Shown in pieces: positions 10,004 through 21,537 of a stretch of DNA of 64,000 nucleotides. The stretch comes from Phycisphaerae bacterium (GTDB lineage Bacteria; Planctomycetota; Phycisphaerae; Sedimentisphaerales; Sedimentisphaeraceae). The notes beneath the pieces are model-generated. The model saw nothing but the letters and a program-made list of their open reading frames with translations. It ran no database searches and was not told where the DNA came from. The stretch covers positions 88,687 through 152,686 of the forward strand of contig JBFWMM010000001.1 of assembly GCA_050251615.1 (NCBI GenBank), in the 5' to 3' direction. The translations under genes were made by a program, and so were the position numbers. The first letter of the stretch is position 1; every line of letters starts with the position of its first letter.

Positions 10004-10669
10004 TCAGTTCTTCGCGAGCATTCCGTTCACAAGGATAGTGAGTGCTTCAGTAATCATATTCAAGCCGGAAACGACGTATCCATCAAATTCTTCATTTGAA
10101 GAGATTTTACGTAAAGTTTCGCTGGGGCGCAAATAGGAATACCAGCCTGACTGAAAGGCGCAGGCATATTGCAAAAACATTCTGCCTTGAAGCGGAGTGA
10201 GACCGGTTATTTTGGAGCAGACTATTTCAGCGCCGAAATCAATCACGGGGCCAAGGTTTGCGCGGTAGGTATTGAACGTCTCAACGGAGCTGTTTCTTTC
10301 TATTGTCGTAGAGACTATAGGGCAAAGTCTCAGGAAGAAATCGCATTGTATGACATTCTCAATCCATCTGCGGCAAAATGCCTCGATGTCATCATTGTCA
10401 ATGTCGTCCAGATGTTTCTTCTGATATTCAAGCGCATCTACGAAGGACTTGAGTGCAAGATTCAGGAAAATATCTTCCTTGGAATCGAAATACTTGTATA
10501 TATTAGGCTTGGACATACCTGCCCCTTCGGCTATCATGGCCAAAGAGATCTGATCATACTCTTTGTCGATAAAAAGATTTGAGGTTGAGCTCAGTATGTC
10601 GTTTTTGCGTACTTCTTTTTGCTCACTTGACCGAGCTCTTTTCCAGTTTTTTCTCATTTTGCTTCTCAT
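10004..10669 (-). CDS. TetR/AcrR family transcriptional regulator
   Basis: N-terminal HTH ISLAMIAEGAGMSKPNIYKYFDSKEDIFL. Confidence 0.85.
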   Translation of the reverse strand: MRSKMRKNWKRARSSEQKEVRKNDILSSTSNLFIDKEYDQISLAMIAEGAGMSKPNIYKYFDSKEDIFLNLALKSFVDALEYQKKHLDDIDNDDIEAFCRRWIENVIQCDFFLRLCPIVSTTIERNSSVETFNTYRANLGPVIDFGAEIVCSKITGLTPLQGRMFLQYACAFQSGWYSYLRPSETLRKISSNEEFDGYVVSGLNMITEALTILVNGMLAKN

Positions 10670-10837
10670 AAAACTAATTAGTTCTTTTTTCTTGAAAAAA
10701 CTGCAATACTCCGAGGTTTACAGCAAATCCCCTTTTTGCCGATACCCTATTGAGATTACAACCGACAACAAGTATAATGAGCAGTTCAGCTGAGGTCAAT
10801 AAGATATTGCAAAGCAACCTGAAAATATGAGGAAAAG

Positions 10838-11713
10838 ATGAGATTTACCAAAATGCACGGACTTGGAAACGATTATGTTTACGTAAATTGTTTTGAAGAG
10901 CAGGTGATGAAGCCTGAAGAGATGGCGGTGAGAGTGAGCGATAGAAACTTCGGCATAGGCGCCGATGGTCTGATTTTGATTTGCCCTTCGGATGTAGCGG
11001 ATGTGCGTATGCGTATGTTCAACGCTGATGGAAGCGAGTCGGAGATGTGCGGCAACGGGCTAAGGTGTGTGGCAAAATATACCTTTGACCACAAGCTTGC
11101 AGAGCCGGGCACAGGCCTTTCGATTCCCGGACAGCAGCCTTGTGAGCATTCGCTCAATATCGAAACCGGCGCAGGGGTGCTGCGCGTTGGCATAATCCCC
11201 GGTGAAGACGGCAAGGCGGAAATGGTTTGCGTTAATATGGGCCGGCCGATCCTTGCGCCGGCAGAAATCCCCGTCAAAATGAGTGGCGATATGGTTATTA
11301 ATGAACCATACACCGGCCTCGGCAGTGAGCTCCGAATGAGCTGCGTTTCGATGGGCAACCCGCATGTAATCTTTTTTACCGACTGCCTTGAGGCAGTTGA
11401 GCTTGAGAAAATAGGCCCGATAATCGAAAACGACCCGATCTTCCCCGCGAGAATTAATGTGCATTTTGTGAAGGTGGAAGGGCCTGACGAAATCTCCATG
11501 CGTACATGGGAGCGCGGCAGCGGCATTACTCTGGCCTGCGGAACGGGCGCCTGCGCTTGTCTTGTGGCGTCTATCCTCAACGGCCTGACAGAACGGGCGC
11601 TGCTTTGCCATCTCCCGGGCGGAGACCTTCAGTTGCACTGGTGCGAGGAAGACGGCTGCGTTTATATGACCGGTCCGGCTAAGGAAGTCTATGAGGGGCT
11701 TTGGCTCGACTGA
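10838..11713 (+). CDS. dapF: Diaminopimelate epimerase
   Basis: FTKMHGLGND, EMCGNG, SMGNPH and ERGSGITLACGTG motifs. Confidence 0.95.
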   Translation: MRFTKMHGLGNDYVYVNCFEEQVMKPEEMAVRVSDRNFGIGADGLILICPSDVADVRMRMFNADGSESEMCGNGLRCVAKYTFDHKLAEPGTGLSIPGQQPCEHSLNIETGAGVLRVGIIPGEDGKAEMVCVNMGRPILAPAEIPVKMSGDMVINEPYTGLGSELRMSCVSMGNPHVIFFTDCLEAVELEKIGPIIENDPIFPARINVHFVKVEGPDEISMRTWERGSGITLACGTGACACLVASILNGLTERALLCHLPGGDLQLHWCEEDGCVYMTGPAKEVYEGLWLD

Positions 11714-11837
11714 CTGCCCGCGCAGGCGTTTGCTTCTGCCACTATGACAGACCGGCGAGGAAAGCGCCCGTCGGTTTTCTGAGGTAGATAAGCGTAATGG
11801 CTTATGTTACAAGCTTTTGTGTTTATTTGGAATCTAT

Positions 11838-11853
11838 TGGCACGGCACTTGCT
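11838..11853 (+). promoter_or_regulatory. Sigma54 (-24/-12) promoter of groESL
   Basis: TGGCACG-GCAC-TTGCT is an exact match to TGGCACG-N4-TTGCW and lies ~60 bp upstream of groES. Confidence 0.75.
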
Positions 11854-11910
11854 TGTTAGATTTGCAGTTATAACAATTAAACTTCTCTAACCATTAGGAG
11901 TAACATAAAA

Positions 11911-12201
11911 ATGAAACTTAAACCACTGTCTGATAATGTATTGCTCAAGAGAGTAGAAGAATCCTCCGTAACCACGGGAGGCATCGTACTGCCTGACAGC
12001 GCCAAGGAGCGCTCAAGCCGTGGGACCGTAATCAGTGTTGGCCCGGGCCGCCTCAAAGACGATGGTACGAGAGCCGCAATGAGCGTTAAAGCCGGTGATG
12101 TCGTGATCTTCGAGAGCTACGCCCCCAGAGACATAAAACTGAACGGCGAGGAATACCTCATCGTTGATCAGGGCAGTATCATCGCGGTAATCGAAGACTG
12201 A
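11911..12201 (+). CDS. groES: Co-chaperonin GroES
   Basis: MKLKPLSDNV..TGGIVLPDSAKE..VGPG; AGGAG RBS. Confidence 0.95.
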   Translation: MKLKPLSDNVLLKRVEESSVTTGGIVLPDSAKERSSRGTVISVGPGRLKDDGTRAAMSVKAGDVVIFESYAPRDIKLNGEEYLIVDQGSIIAVIED

Positions 12202-12222
12202 TAACAACAATGAACAGCCTGA

Positions 12223-13860
<1,638 letters not shown>

Positions 13861-13869
13861 CAGAATATA

Positions 13870-13909
13870 AGTGGGGAAAGGCTTACGGGTGTTTCCCCGC
13901 TTTGCTTTT
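13870..13909 (+). terminator. Probable terminator after groEL
   Basis: AGTGGGGAAA...TTTCCCCGCT followed by TTGCTTTT. Confidence 0.55.
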
Positions 13910-13942
13910 ATGCGCATAGCGTAGATGCAGAACGGAGGATAT

Positions 13943-14224
13943 ATGAACCTCAATTTTTATGCGAATATGTTGGCCTCGGCCACAAAAAGAGCGGCCGTCT
14001 GGCTGCTTGCCGCAGGGCTGGCGCTTATCGGGCTTTGCGCACTGATTTTCATTTTCAAGATAGTATTTATCATCATCGCGATAGCACTCATCGCATCAGC
14101 CGGATTCTGGTGTATCGGTATGTCTGTGAGAATGTTCCTTTCGCTATCCGGTAAAAACAGAATATCCGACAGGGATGATCCGTATCGGGAAAACGTCCGC
14201 ATACATCATCGCGATTGGAGCTGA
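13943..14224 (+). CDS. Small hypothetical membrane protein (2 TM)
   Basis: GGAGG RBS before ATG 13943; two long hydrophobic segments. Confidence 0.65.
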   Translation: MNLNFYANMLASATKRAAVWLLAAGLALIGLCALIFIFKIVFIIIAIALIASAGFWCIGMSVRMFLSLSGKNRISDRDDPYRENVRIHHRDWS

Positions 14225-14580
14225 TACAGGCAGATATCGCTGCCGGAACAGCCTGCGCCTGTGAGCGGCAGGAGGGTAAGTACGGTTTACACCGAGTTTA
14301 CGCACGGCGCCGTTTTTACGGTGCCATTGCGCCATCGATGTGAAGATGCTGCCGGATATAACTTTCAATTTCCGGTCGCTTTCGCGGCTTCTCTGTACTC
14401 ACGTAATACAATGTATCAATTCTATTCTTGATGACGTATCGTAAAACAGTATCATTTCGTAAGAAATGCGCCAATGTTGTGAATGCCCGCAACATAGGCC
14501 CGCTTCGATTAGACCATGCAAAAAGCCGACCGTCATTCAACGGCCGGCCTTCGCAGTATATGTTTTTTTGGAGGTACGTT

Positions 14581-14673
14581 ATGAAAAAGCTTTTATGTTT
14601 CTATTGTCTCACTTGTCAAAGTTATATACAGAACGGTTGGGGATTAGTTCGTAAAAATATCGCGCCTTATTAA
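14581..14673 (+). CDS. Candidate 30-aa small protein with CxxCxxC
   Basis: GGAGG (14570-14574) then ATG; MKKLLCFYCLTCQSYIQNGWGLVRKNIAPY*. Confidence 0.4.
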   Translation: MKKLLCFYCLTCQSYIQNGWGLVRKNIAPY

Positions 14674-14804
14674 AAAATATGGAAATAATTTTCGCGAGCC
14701 TCATTATCATCCGCTAAAACAGAACCCCGAACGCACAAAATAGGTGAATTGTTCGTGATTCCGTATATAATTACGGCTGACAGTTGTTCTATCGGTTTTC
14801 AGAG

Positions 14805-15314
14805 ATGAATTTTTTTAGATTTCTTCAGACAATACTTTACTGCGTTTGCGTAGTCGCAGGGTGCGCGTTGCTCGCGCTCGCCTACGTTGCGCCGGATATC
14901 GAAACGTACTTCAAAAACCGTATGACGCTCGTTGCCAGCGAGAAAAAGATTGAACAGCTTCGCGAGCAGGATGATATCTACATCTCCAAAATACTTATGC
15001 TCGAACGCGACCCGGGCCTTATACGCCGCTACCACGATAAAACTTTTCACGTGGAGACTGATGAACCGAAGTATCCCAAGCCAGACAAGGCCACGATAAA
15101 AATGGCCATGGATGCGTTGAGGGATGTGCAAGAGGAAAATGATACGCCGAACAAAGCTCCGGCGCTTGCGTGGCTCACTGTCGCGAATCGACAATCAAAC
15201 AGAACACTTCTGTATGTTGCAGGAGGCGTTCTTATAGCTACAGCAATTTTCTTTCTGAACGGGATTCGATGTCCGCGTGCAGTGAAGAACGAAATACAAG
15301 AAAGTACGGCCTGA
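14805..15314 (+). CDS. Hypothetical membrane protein (TM, coiled coil, second TM); FtsB/DivIC-like N-terminal half
   Basis: N-terminal TM, heptad stretch ending LERDPGLI, C-terminal TM; stop is 1 bp before the next ATG. Confidence 0.6.
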   Translation: MNFFRFLQTILYCVCVVAGCALLALAYVAPDIETYFKNRMTLVASEKKIEQLREQDDIYISKILMLERDPGLIRRYHDKTFHVETDEPKYPKPDKATIKMAMDALRDVQEENDTPNKAPALAWLTVANRQSNRTLLYVAGGVLIATAIFFLNGIRCPRAVKNEIQESTA

Positions 15315-15315
15315 T

Positions 15316-17400
15316 ATGCCAGACAACAAAAAGATTGAGTTGCTCGCTCCGGCGGGGAAAAAGGAATCCCTTATCGCGGCCATTGAAGCGGGTGCGGATG
15401 CCGTGTATCTGGGCCTCAAAACCCTCAACGCAAGGCGCGGGGCAGATAATTTTGAATATACAGAACTTGCCGATGTTGTCAGCCTGGCGCATGAGAAGGG
15501 TGTGAAGGTGCATCTTGCTCTCAACACGATCATCGCTGCGAGAGAGACGGGGCAGGCCGTGCGTGCGCTGGAAGTCGCATCGCAGGCGAAGGTTGATGCG
15601 GTTATCGTGACAGACCCTATGTTCTTCAGCTTCATCGCGCTTTATCCCGATATGGAATTTCATTTCAGCACGCAGGCGGCTATTGAAAACACTCTCGGCA
15701 TGTCGTTTGCGAAGAGGATCGGCGTGAAGCGGGTTGTTCTTGCCAGAGAGATGACATTCGAGGAAGTCAAAGCGGCCTCGGCTCAGGCAGGCGTTGAGAC
15801 TGAGATATTTGTGCAGGGCGCGATGTGCTTCGGAGTATCGGGTAAATGCCTTATGAGTAGCTGGGGCGGCGGCCGAAGCGGCAACCGAGGCACATGCACA
15901 AGTCCGTGCAGGGTGCTGTGGACAACCGGCGAAGGCGAAGGCGAGGCCTATATGTCCATGCATGACCTCAGCCTTATCGAGTATATGGATAAGATCAGAG
16001 AGGCGCACGTGAGCTGCCTGAAAATCGAAGGACGCTTGAAAAACGCGTCCTGGGTCTCACGCGCGGTGGGCGAGTATAGAAAAGCTCTCGACGGTGTCGC
16101 TTTCGATGAGCAGATTATATCGAGTCTTTCTGATGTAACCGGCAGAGAGCAAAGCGCCGCGTATTTCTCCGGCCATACCGAAGGCCTCTGCGGCAGGGCG
16201 GGCAGGGCGGCCTCGGCAGCGGAGTTTGTCTCCGACCTTCCACAGAACAAGCCCGATGGTTCCCGCCCCAAACGCGGATGGAATGTGGCAGTGAGTACAT
16301 CGCAAGGCGCATTCACGGTGAATGTGAGCATGGAGGGAGAAGACTTCAATGAGGAGTTTTCGCTTCCTCTTACCGTTCTCAAGCGCGAAAAGAAAGGTGT
16401 AACCGTTGCCTCTCTGGCAGGGAGAATCACCTGCGAAACAAGACCCGCTCTCACGCTTCTCAGCTTTACCTCTGATGAGCCCCATAAACTTCTCGCGAGA
16501 AAGACGGTAAACGGATTTGATGAACAGATTGCATCAATCTACTACCGCTGGCAGAAGAAGCAGGCCGATGATACAATCAGAATTGATTTGCCGGAGAACG
16601 TTGCCAGCGCCGCCGTGCAGGGCAGACGCTCCGAACAGAACACCCTTTCGCTGCGCAAGGACAGCAAGGTGAAATGCATCCGCCTTGACTACCGCAACGC
16701 GAAGAAGATTACCGGCACGCTTTCGGGAATAGAACAGATTGTTCTGGAAAATGTTCCCGCCGACAAGGAACGGACGCTGCAAAAGGGCTGGATTGTGAGT
16801 TTGCCTGCGGTTTTCTATGAATCACAGATTGATGAGCTTAGGGCTCTCGTCAGCGCTTGTGCCGCGAGCGGGAGGCTCGTGGAGGCAAACAGTTTCGCGG
16901 GCATAGAGCTTGCGAAAGAGGCCGGAGCGAAATTCTGTACAGGCCCTGAAATCTGGATTCTCAACCATCTTGCCGCAAGGGCGCTCAAAAAACTGGGCGC
17001 GCAGAGCGGATATGTCAGCATTGAGGCGGATAAGAGGCAGGTTACCGAGCTTTGTATGCGCAGTGAGCTACCGCTCAATATGCTGCTCTACGGCTACCCC
17101 ACTCTCTGTATCACGAGAGCGGAGATGTCGGAGGATTTGCAGGACGGGGCGATTATTGAGGACGCCCGCGGAATCAAGATGACGGTGAGCAGGGGCGATA
17201 TTACCGTGCTCAGGAGCGCGGAGCCATTCTCGCTGCTCGGTGCCTCCAATCCCGCGGTTCGCGTGCAGACATTCGTAGCAGACCTCTGCGCCATCACAGA
17301 TGAGACTCGGCTGATTGAGACGGTCAAAATGCTCAAGAGCGGCAAATACCCGACGAACGTTCCAGCCAAGCGCTTCAACTACAACCGAACATTGAAATAA
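15316..17400 (+). CDS. U32 'peptidase' family Fe-S hydroxylase, long RlhA-like type
   Basis: ELLAPAG, GADAVYLG..NAR, FVQGAMC and CX6CX15CX3C (CFGVSGKC..CTSPC), LKIEGR; long C-terminal extension. Confidence 0.8.
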   Translation: MPDNKKIELLAPAGKKESLIAAIEAGADAVYLGLKTLNARRGADNFEYTELADVVSLAHEKGVKVHLALNTIIAARETGQAVRALEVASQAKVDAVIVTDPMFFSFIALYPDMEFHFSTQAAIENTLGMSFAKRIGVKRVVLAREMTFEEVKAASAQAGVETEIFVQGAMCFGVSGKCLMSSWGGGRSGNRGTCTSPCRVLWTTGEGEGEAYMSMHDLSLIEYMDKIREAHVSCLKIEGRLKNASWVSRAVGEYRKALDGVAFDEQIISSLSDVTGREQSAAYFSGHTEGLCGRAGRAASAAEFVSDLPQNKPDGSRPKRGWNVAVSTSQGAFTVNVSMEGEDFNEEFSLPLTVLKREKKGVTVASLAGRITCETRPALTLLSFTSDEPHKLLARKTVNGFDEQIASIYYRWQKKQADDTIRIDLPENVASAAVQGRRSEQNTLSLRKDSKVKCIRLDYRNAKKITGTLSGIEQIVLENVPADKERTLQKGWIVSLPAVFYESQIDELRALVSACAASGRLVEANSFAGIELAKEAGAKFCTGPEIWILNHLAARALKKLGAQSGYVSIEADKRQVTELCMRSELPLNMLLYGYPTLCITRAEMSEDLQDGAIIEDARGIKMTVSRGDITVLRSAEPFSLLGASNPAVRVQTFVADLCAITDETRLIETVKMLKSGKYPTNVPAKRFNYNRTLK

Positions 17401-17495
17401 AAACGCCATTGCGCAAAACAATGCGACACTGCAAAGTGCAACGGGGCGTAGCGACGGCAAATGCTACGGCGGGTATGACTTTCAAATTCCGGCGC

Positions 17496-18275
17496 TCACA
17501 CGCCGAGAATTTCCGCTTCGAAAGCGCTATTTCCCCGTGCGAATCTTTGTTCAAGTCGTTTTAATGTGCCGTGGTGGGTCATGGCGTAGGAGAGCGGGGT
17601 AACCGTGCAATAGCCGTTGTGGATGGCGTGTCGGTCGGTGCCTTCCTCTGCGCCGTAGTGGTTTTCCGAGCCAATCTGAAATACGACTTTCCCATCCTCG
17701 CAATGCGTGCTTGTGTATTTTTCTTTGTACATTGATTCAGCCTGCCGTACGAGCTTTATACCTTTGCTGAGGCCCTCATCAAGAAGCGGCACGTTGATGT
17801 TGAATATGTCGCCGGCTTTGAGCTCTGCTATAAATTTCTTCAACACCCTCACTCCTTCCCGTGCGGCTTTTTTCAGGCAGCTTTGCCCTGCTTTCGAGCT
17901 GATAGCCACGGCCGGTATCCCGTAGAAAGCACCCTCGACAGCCGCGGCGACAGTTCCGGAGTAAAGCATATCCACGCCCACATTCGCCCCGATGTTCATC
18001 CCCGAAACCACAAGGTCAAAGTCTGTCTTGTACAGCTCAAGTATGGCCAGCTTTACGCAGTCTGCCGGAGTGCCGTCAATTGCCCAGCCGGTAAAGAAGC
18101 CGTCCACCGTCATCATTTCGCAAGGCACCGGCGTAAGGCTGAGGCTGTGGCTCGCGCCTGATTTCGCATTGAGGGGCGCCGCAACATACACCTCCCCCAG
18201 AGTACAGAGCTCTTCGTAGAGGTAGTGCAGGGCTTCGCAGTATATGCCGTCATCGTTTGTAAGAAGGATTTTCAT
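17496..18275 (-). CDS. surE: 5'/3'-nucleotidase SurE
   Basis: ILLTNDDGI, SGASHSLS, GTPADCV, SGMNIGANVG..YSGTV motifs. Confidence 0.93.
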   Translation of the reverse strand: MKILLTNDDGIYCEALHYLYEELCTLGEVYVAAPLNAKSGASHSLSLTPVPCEMMTVDGFFTGWAIDGTPADCVKLAILELYKTDFDLVVSGMNIGANVGVDMLYSGTVAAAVEGAFYGIPAVAISSKAGQSCLKKAAREGVRVLKKFIAELKAGDIFNINVPLLDEGLSKGIKLVRQAESMYKEKYTSTHCEDGKVVFQIGSENHYGAEEGTDRHAIHNGYCTVTPLSYAMTHHGTLKRLEQRFARGNSAFEAEILGV

Positions 18276-18414
18276 AAAGACTTTTACCCAGTAGGATTAT
18301 TTTAACGAAAGCCTATTATACGCCCCTGAGGCTTAATGGCAAGGCTCAGCAGCTTTGCCATTCCTAATGCTTTTTCTCTGTTGCAGAGGCAGTAATTGTG
18401 TAGAATACAGCGCT

Positions 18415-19566
18415 ATGACCTGTATCAAGATGCTTATCATAAACTACGAGTACCCTCCGCTCGGCGGCGGGGCGGGGATTGCCTGCCGCAACCTTCTGCG
18501 CTCGCTTGCGGAGCGCGGCGATATTTCGGTTGACCTGCTCACAAGCGACGCAGGCAAAGGAGTGGGCGTGGAAAGGCTCGCCGACAACATAACAATCCAC
18601 CGCGTTGGCATCAAAAAGCGCGATCTGCACCGCTGGCGCAAAAACGAAGTGATAGAATGGCTCTTCAAGGCAGGCTTCTATCACAAACGTCTGCTCAAAG
18701 AAAACCGCTACGATCTCACGCACTGCTTCTTTGCATTCCCCTCGGGCTTCCCTGCATGGATGGCGCGCTCAAAACAGCCGTACATCGTTTCACTGCGCGG
18801 TTCGGATGTGCCCGGCTACAACGACAAGCTCGGGCTCGATTATTATCTTCTTTCTCCGCTGTTTCGTTCAATCTGGAGTTCGGCGCAGGCGGTAGTTGCC
18901 AACAGCAGAGGTCTTCGAAGCCTTGCGGGGAACTTCTTCGATGTAAGCCGAATATCTGTAATCCCCAACGGCGTGGATAGAGAGACGTTTGCGTATTCGC
19001 GGAGAGAAATTGCCGCAGATAAGCTCAACATCCTTATGGTAGTCCGGTTTGTGTATCGCAAGCGGGTTGACCTTGCGATAGAAGCTGTTGCACTGCTTCG
19101 TGAAAGGGGCATCGCGGCAACGCTGAATCTTGTCGGCAGCGGCGAGCTTGAGCAACAGCTTCGTGGGCTGGTGCGCGGGAAAAATGCCGGTGAATTTGTG
19201 AATTTCCTCGGCGCGATAGAGCATCGCAACCTTCCTGAAATATATCGCTCAAACGACATATACCTGATGTGCAGCGAGAGCGAGGGGATGAGCAACTCCC
19301 TTCTCGAGGCAATATCGACGGGTATGCCGGTCGTGTCGAGTGCGTGCGAGGGCAGCGATGAACTTGTTCGCGGCAACGGGATTGTCGTTCCACGGCAGGA
19401 AGCGGCTTTGTTTGCCGGTTCTCTGGCTCGATTTATTGAGGAGCCGTTTTTGTTTGCGCAGTGCAGCAGGGCCGCTGATGAACTGGCGGGCGCTTATTCG
19501 ACCGCTGCCAACGCGAACAGTTATTTAGAGCTGTACCGCGAAATCCTCGCCGCTGTTGCACACTGA
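18415..19566 (+). CDS. Glycosyltransferase family 4
   Basis: YEYPPLGGGAG at the N-terminus, IPNGVD, EGMSNSLLEA (EX7E). Start uncertain (18415 or 18430). Confidence 0.85.
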   Translation: MTCIKMLIINYEYPPLGGGAGIACRNLLRSLAERGDISVDLLTSDAGKGVGVERLADNITIHRVGIKKRDLHRWRKNEVIEWLFKAGFYHKRLLKENRYDLTHCFFAFPSGFPAWMARSKQPYIVSLRGSDVPGYNDKLGLDYYLLSPLFRSIWSSAQAVVANSRGLRSLAGNFFDVSRISVIPNGVDRETFAYSRREIAADKLNILMVVRFVYRKRVDLAIEAVALLRERGIAATLNLVGSGELEQQLRGLVRGKNAGEFVNFLGAIEHRNLPEIYRSNDIYLMCSESEGMSNSLLEAISTGMPVVSSACEGSDELVRGNGIVVPRQEAALFAGSLARFIEEPFLFAQCSRAADELAGAYSTAANANSYLELYREILAAVAH

Positions 19567-19750
19567 GGAGGCACCGAGGTTGTTTTTAACCGCAAGGCAT
19601 CGCGTACCTTTTGCATTTTTTGGGGTTACGGCTCGACGGTCTGTGTGGCTTTGAAGTTTATAGTGCTTTAAGCTGTAAGCGGGCAAAGCGCGGTTGAAAA
19701 AAACTGAAAAAACGATAAACTCTTCGTTTTGAAAAGAAAGGCATTTGATA

Positions 19751-21061
19751 ATGGAAGTCAACTATTTTAATGAGGCTGTTGAAACAGCGTCCAGGGAGCA
19801 GATACAGAGCATACAGCTCGAACGCCTGAAGGAAATGGTGGCCTGCGGTTTCAAGTCGGAATACTACAAAAAGAAACTTGCACATATCGGCCTCGAAAGC
19901 GCCGAAGACATCAAATCCCTTGACGATCTCCGCCGGATACCTTTCTCCTCAAAGGACGACCTCCGCCTGAATTATCCCTGCGGCTTTCTCGCAACAGATT
20001 TCGAGAATGTAGTCCGCATTCATTCATCCAGCGGTACAACGGGTACGCCGACAGTTATCTACCTTTCTCAGCAAGACCTCAATATATGGGCAGACTACGT
20101 AGCAAGGAGCCTCGTAGCCGTCGGTTGCACCAGGAAAGACGTGTTTCAGAATATGATGAGCTACGGGCTCTTTACCGGCGGCCTCGGCTTCCATTACGGT
20201 GCCGAACGCGTCGGGATGGCCGTGCTTCCGATTGGCGGTGGCAATACAACCAGGCAAATCCGCTATATGCAGGATTTCAAAACCACAACACTCCATATTA
20301 CGCCCAGCTATCTGCTCCATATCGACGCCAGGCTTAAAGAAATCGGACTCGATGTGTCCGACCTCTACCTCAAGAGAGCGATAATCGGCGCCGAGCCGCA
20401 CAGCGAGCAGACAAGGCGCAAGCTTGAAGAACTTTACGGTATCCCATGCTACAATTCCTACGGTCTCAGTGAGATGAATGGCCCGGGCGTTGCCTTTGAA
20501 TGTGTTTACAGAACGGGCATGCATATCTGGGAAGACGGCTTCATCGCCGAGGTGATAAACCCTGAGACGGGGGAAGTGTTGCCGGATGGTGAAAAGGGTG
20601 AGCTCGTCTTAACCTGCCTCACGCGAACAGCGATGCCGCTTTTCAGGTATAGAACAAGAGACCTTACACACATTTACAGTGAGGAGTGCGAATGCGGCCG
20701 CACGCACAGAAAAATATCGCGCATAACCGGCCGTACCGATGATATGATGATTATCAACGGCGTAAACGTGTTCCCGTCGCAGATCGAAGAAGTGATAATG
20801 AACATACCGGAAGTGGGCACGAATTATCAGATCCTGCTCACAAAGGCTGGCGCGATTGATAAGCTTACTGTACGCGTGGAGATATACTCCAAGATGTTCA
20901 GCGGCGATGCTGCCCAGCTCGACAAGCTCAATCGCAGAATTGCCGATGAGCTCAAGGCGTCCATATACATCAAGCCGGCAGTGCAGTTGCACGAGCCGGG
21001 TGTCCTGCCTACGTTTGAAGGCAAGGGCGTAAGGGTTATTGACGAGCGCGGCGAAATTTGA
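19751..21061 (+). CDS. paaK: Phenylacetate-CoA ligase family (PaaK-like)
   Basis: HSSSGTTGTPT, YGLFTGGLG, YGLSE, GELVLT..RYRT.D, GRTDDM..GVNVFPSQIE motifs. Confidence 0.85.
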   Translation: MEVNYFNEAVETASREQIQSIQLERLKEMVACGFKSEYYKKKLAHIGLESAEDIKSLDDLRRIPFSSKDDLRLNYPCGFLATDFENVVRIHSSSGTTGTPTVIYLSQQDLNIWADYVARSLVAVGCTRKDVFQNMMSYGLFTGGLGFHYGAERVGMAVLPIGGGNTTRQIRYMQDFKTTTLHITPSYLLHIDARLKEIGLDVSDLYLKRAIIGAEPHSEQTRRKLEELYGIPCYNSYGLSEMNGPGVAFECVYRTGMHIWEDGFIAEVINPETGEVLPDGEKGELVLTCLTRTAMPLFRYRTRDLTHIYSEECECGRTHRKISRITGRTDDMMIINGVNVFPSQIEEVIMNIPEVGTNYQILLTKAGAIDKLTVRVEIYSKMFSGDAAQLDKLNRRIADELKASIYIKPAVQLHEPGVLPTFEGKGVRVIDERGEI

Positions 21062-21085
21062 CCCGCAGAGAAACGAGAGGCTATT

Positions 21086-21520
21086 ATGATTAAACAATTG
21101 AATGTGTTTGTGGAAAACAGGCCGGGTCGCGTGCGTAGCGTAACCGACATTATGGCAACCAACAATATAAACATCAGTGCTTTTACCATACAGGACCGCG
21201 GCGATTACGGCCTGATGAAAATGATTGTCGATAAGGCGGAAGATGCCAGGCTTGTGCTTTCGGAGATGGGTTTTGCCTGCGCGCTGAAAGATATTGTAGC
21301 GGTCTGCATTCCTGACAAGCCCGGCAATCTGCATAAACTCACGACAATTATGTACGATAACAATGTAAATATAGCTGATGTGTTCGGCTTCGTGATTGCC
21401 CCGAGCCGCACGGGCGTATGTTGTCTGGAAATTCACGACACAATCAAAAAAAGTGCGATTGAGAAGCTTGAGAGTGAAGGTTTCAAGCTCTTAGACAACT
21501 CAGACCTGACTGAACTCTGA
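21086..21520 (+). CDS. Tandem ACT-domain protein
   Basis: QLNVFVENRPGR and PDKPGNL; typical partner of paaK in anaerobes. Confidence 0.85.
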   Translation: MIKQLNVFVENRPGRVRSVTDIMATNNINISAFTIQDRGDYGLMKMIVDKAEDARLVLSEMGFACALKDIVAVCIPDKPGNLHKLTTIMYDNNVNIADVFGFVIAPSRTGVCCLEIHDTIKKSAIEKLESEGFKLLDNSDLTEL

Positions 21521-21537
21521 ACGTAGAAAGATACTTG

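Noticed and set aside
11714-11910. CIRCE (HrcA) operator upstream of groES
   Set aside because: No TTAGCACTC-N9-GAGTGCTAA; the TTGGCAC string belongs to the sigma54 box.
15238-16008. 256-aa minus-strand ORF
   Set aside because: Antisense shadow of the U32 gene with no motifs.
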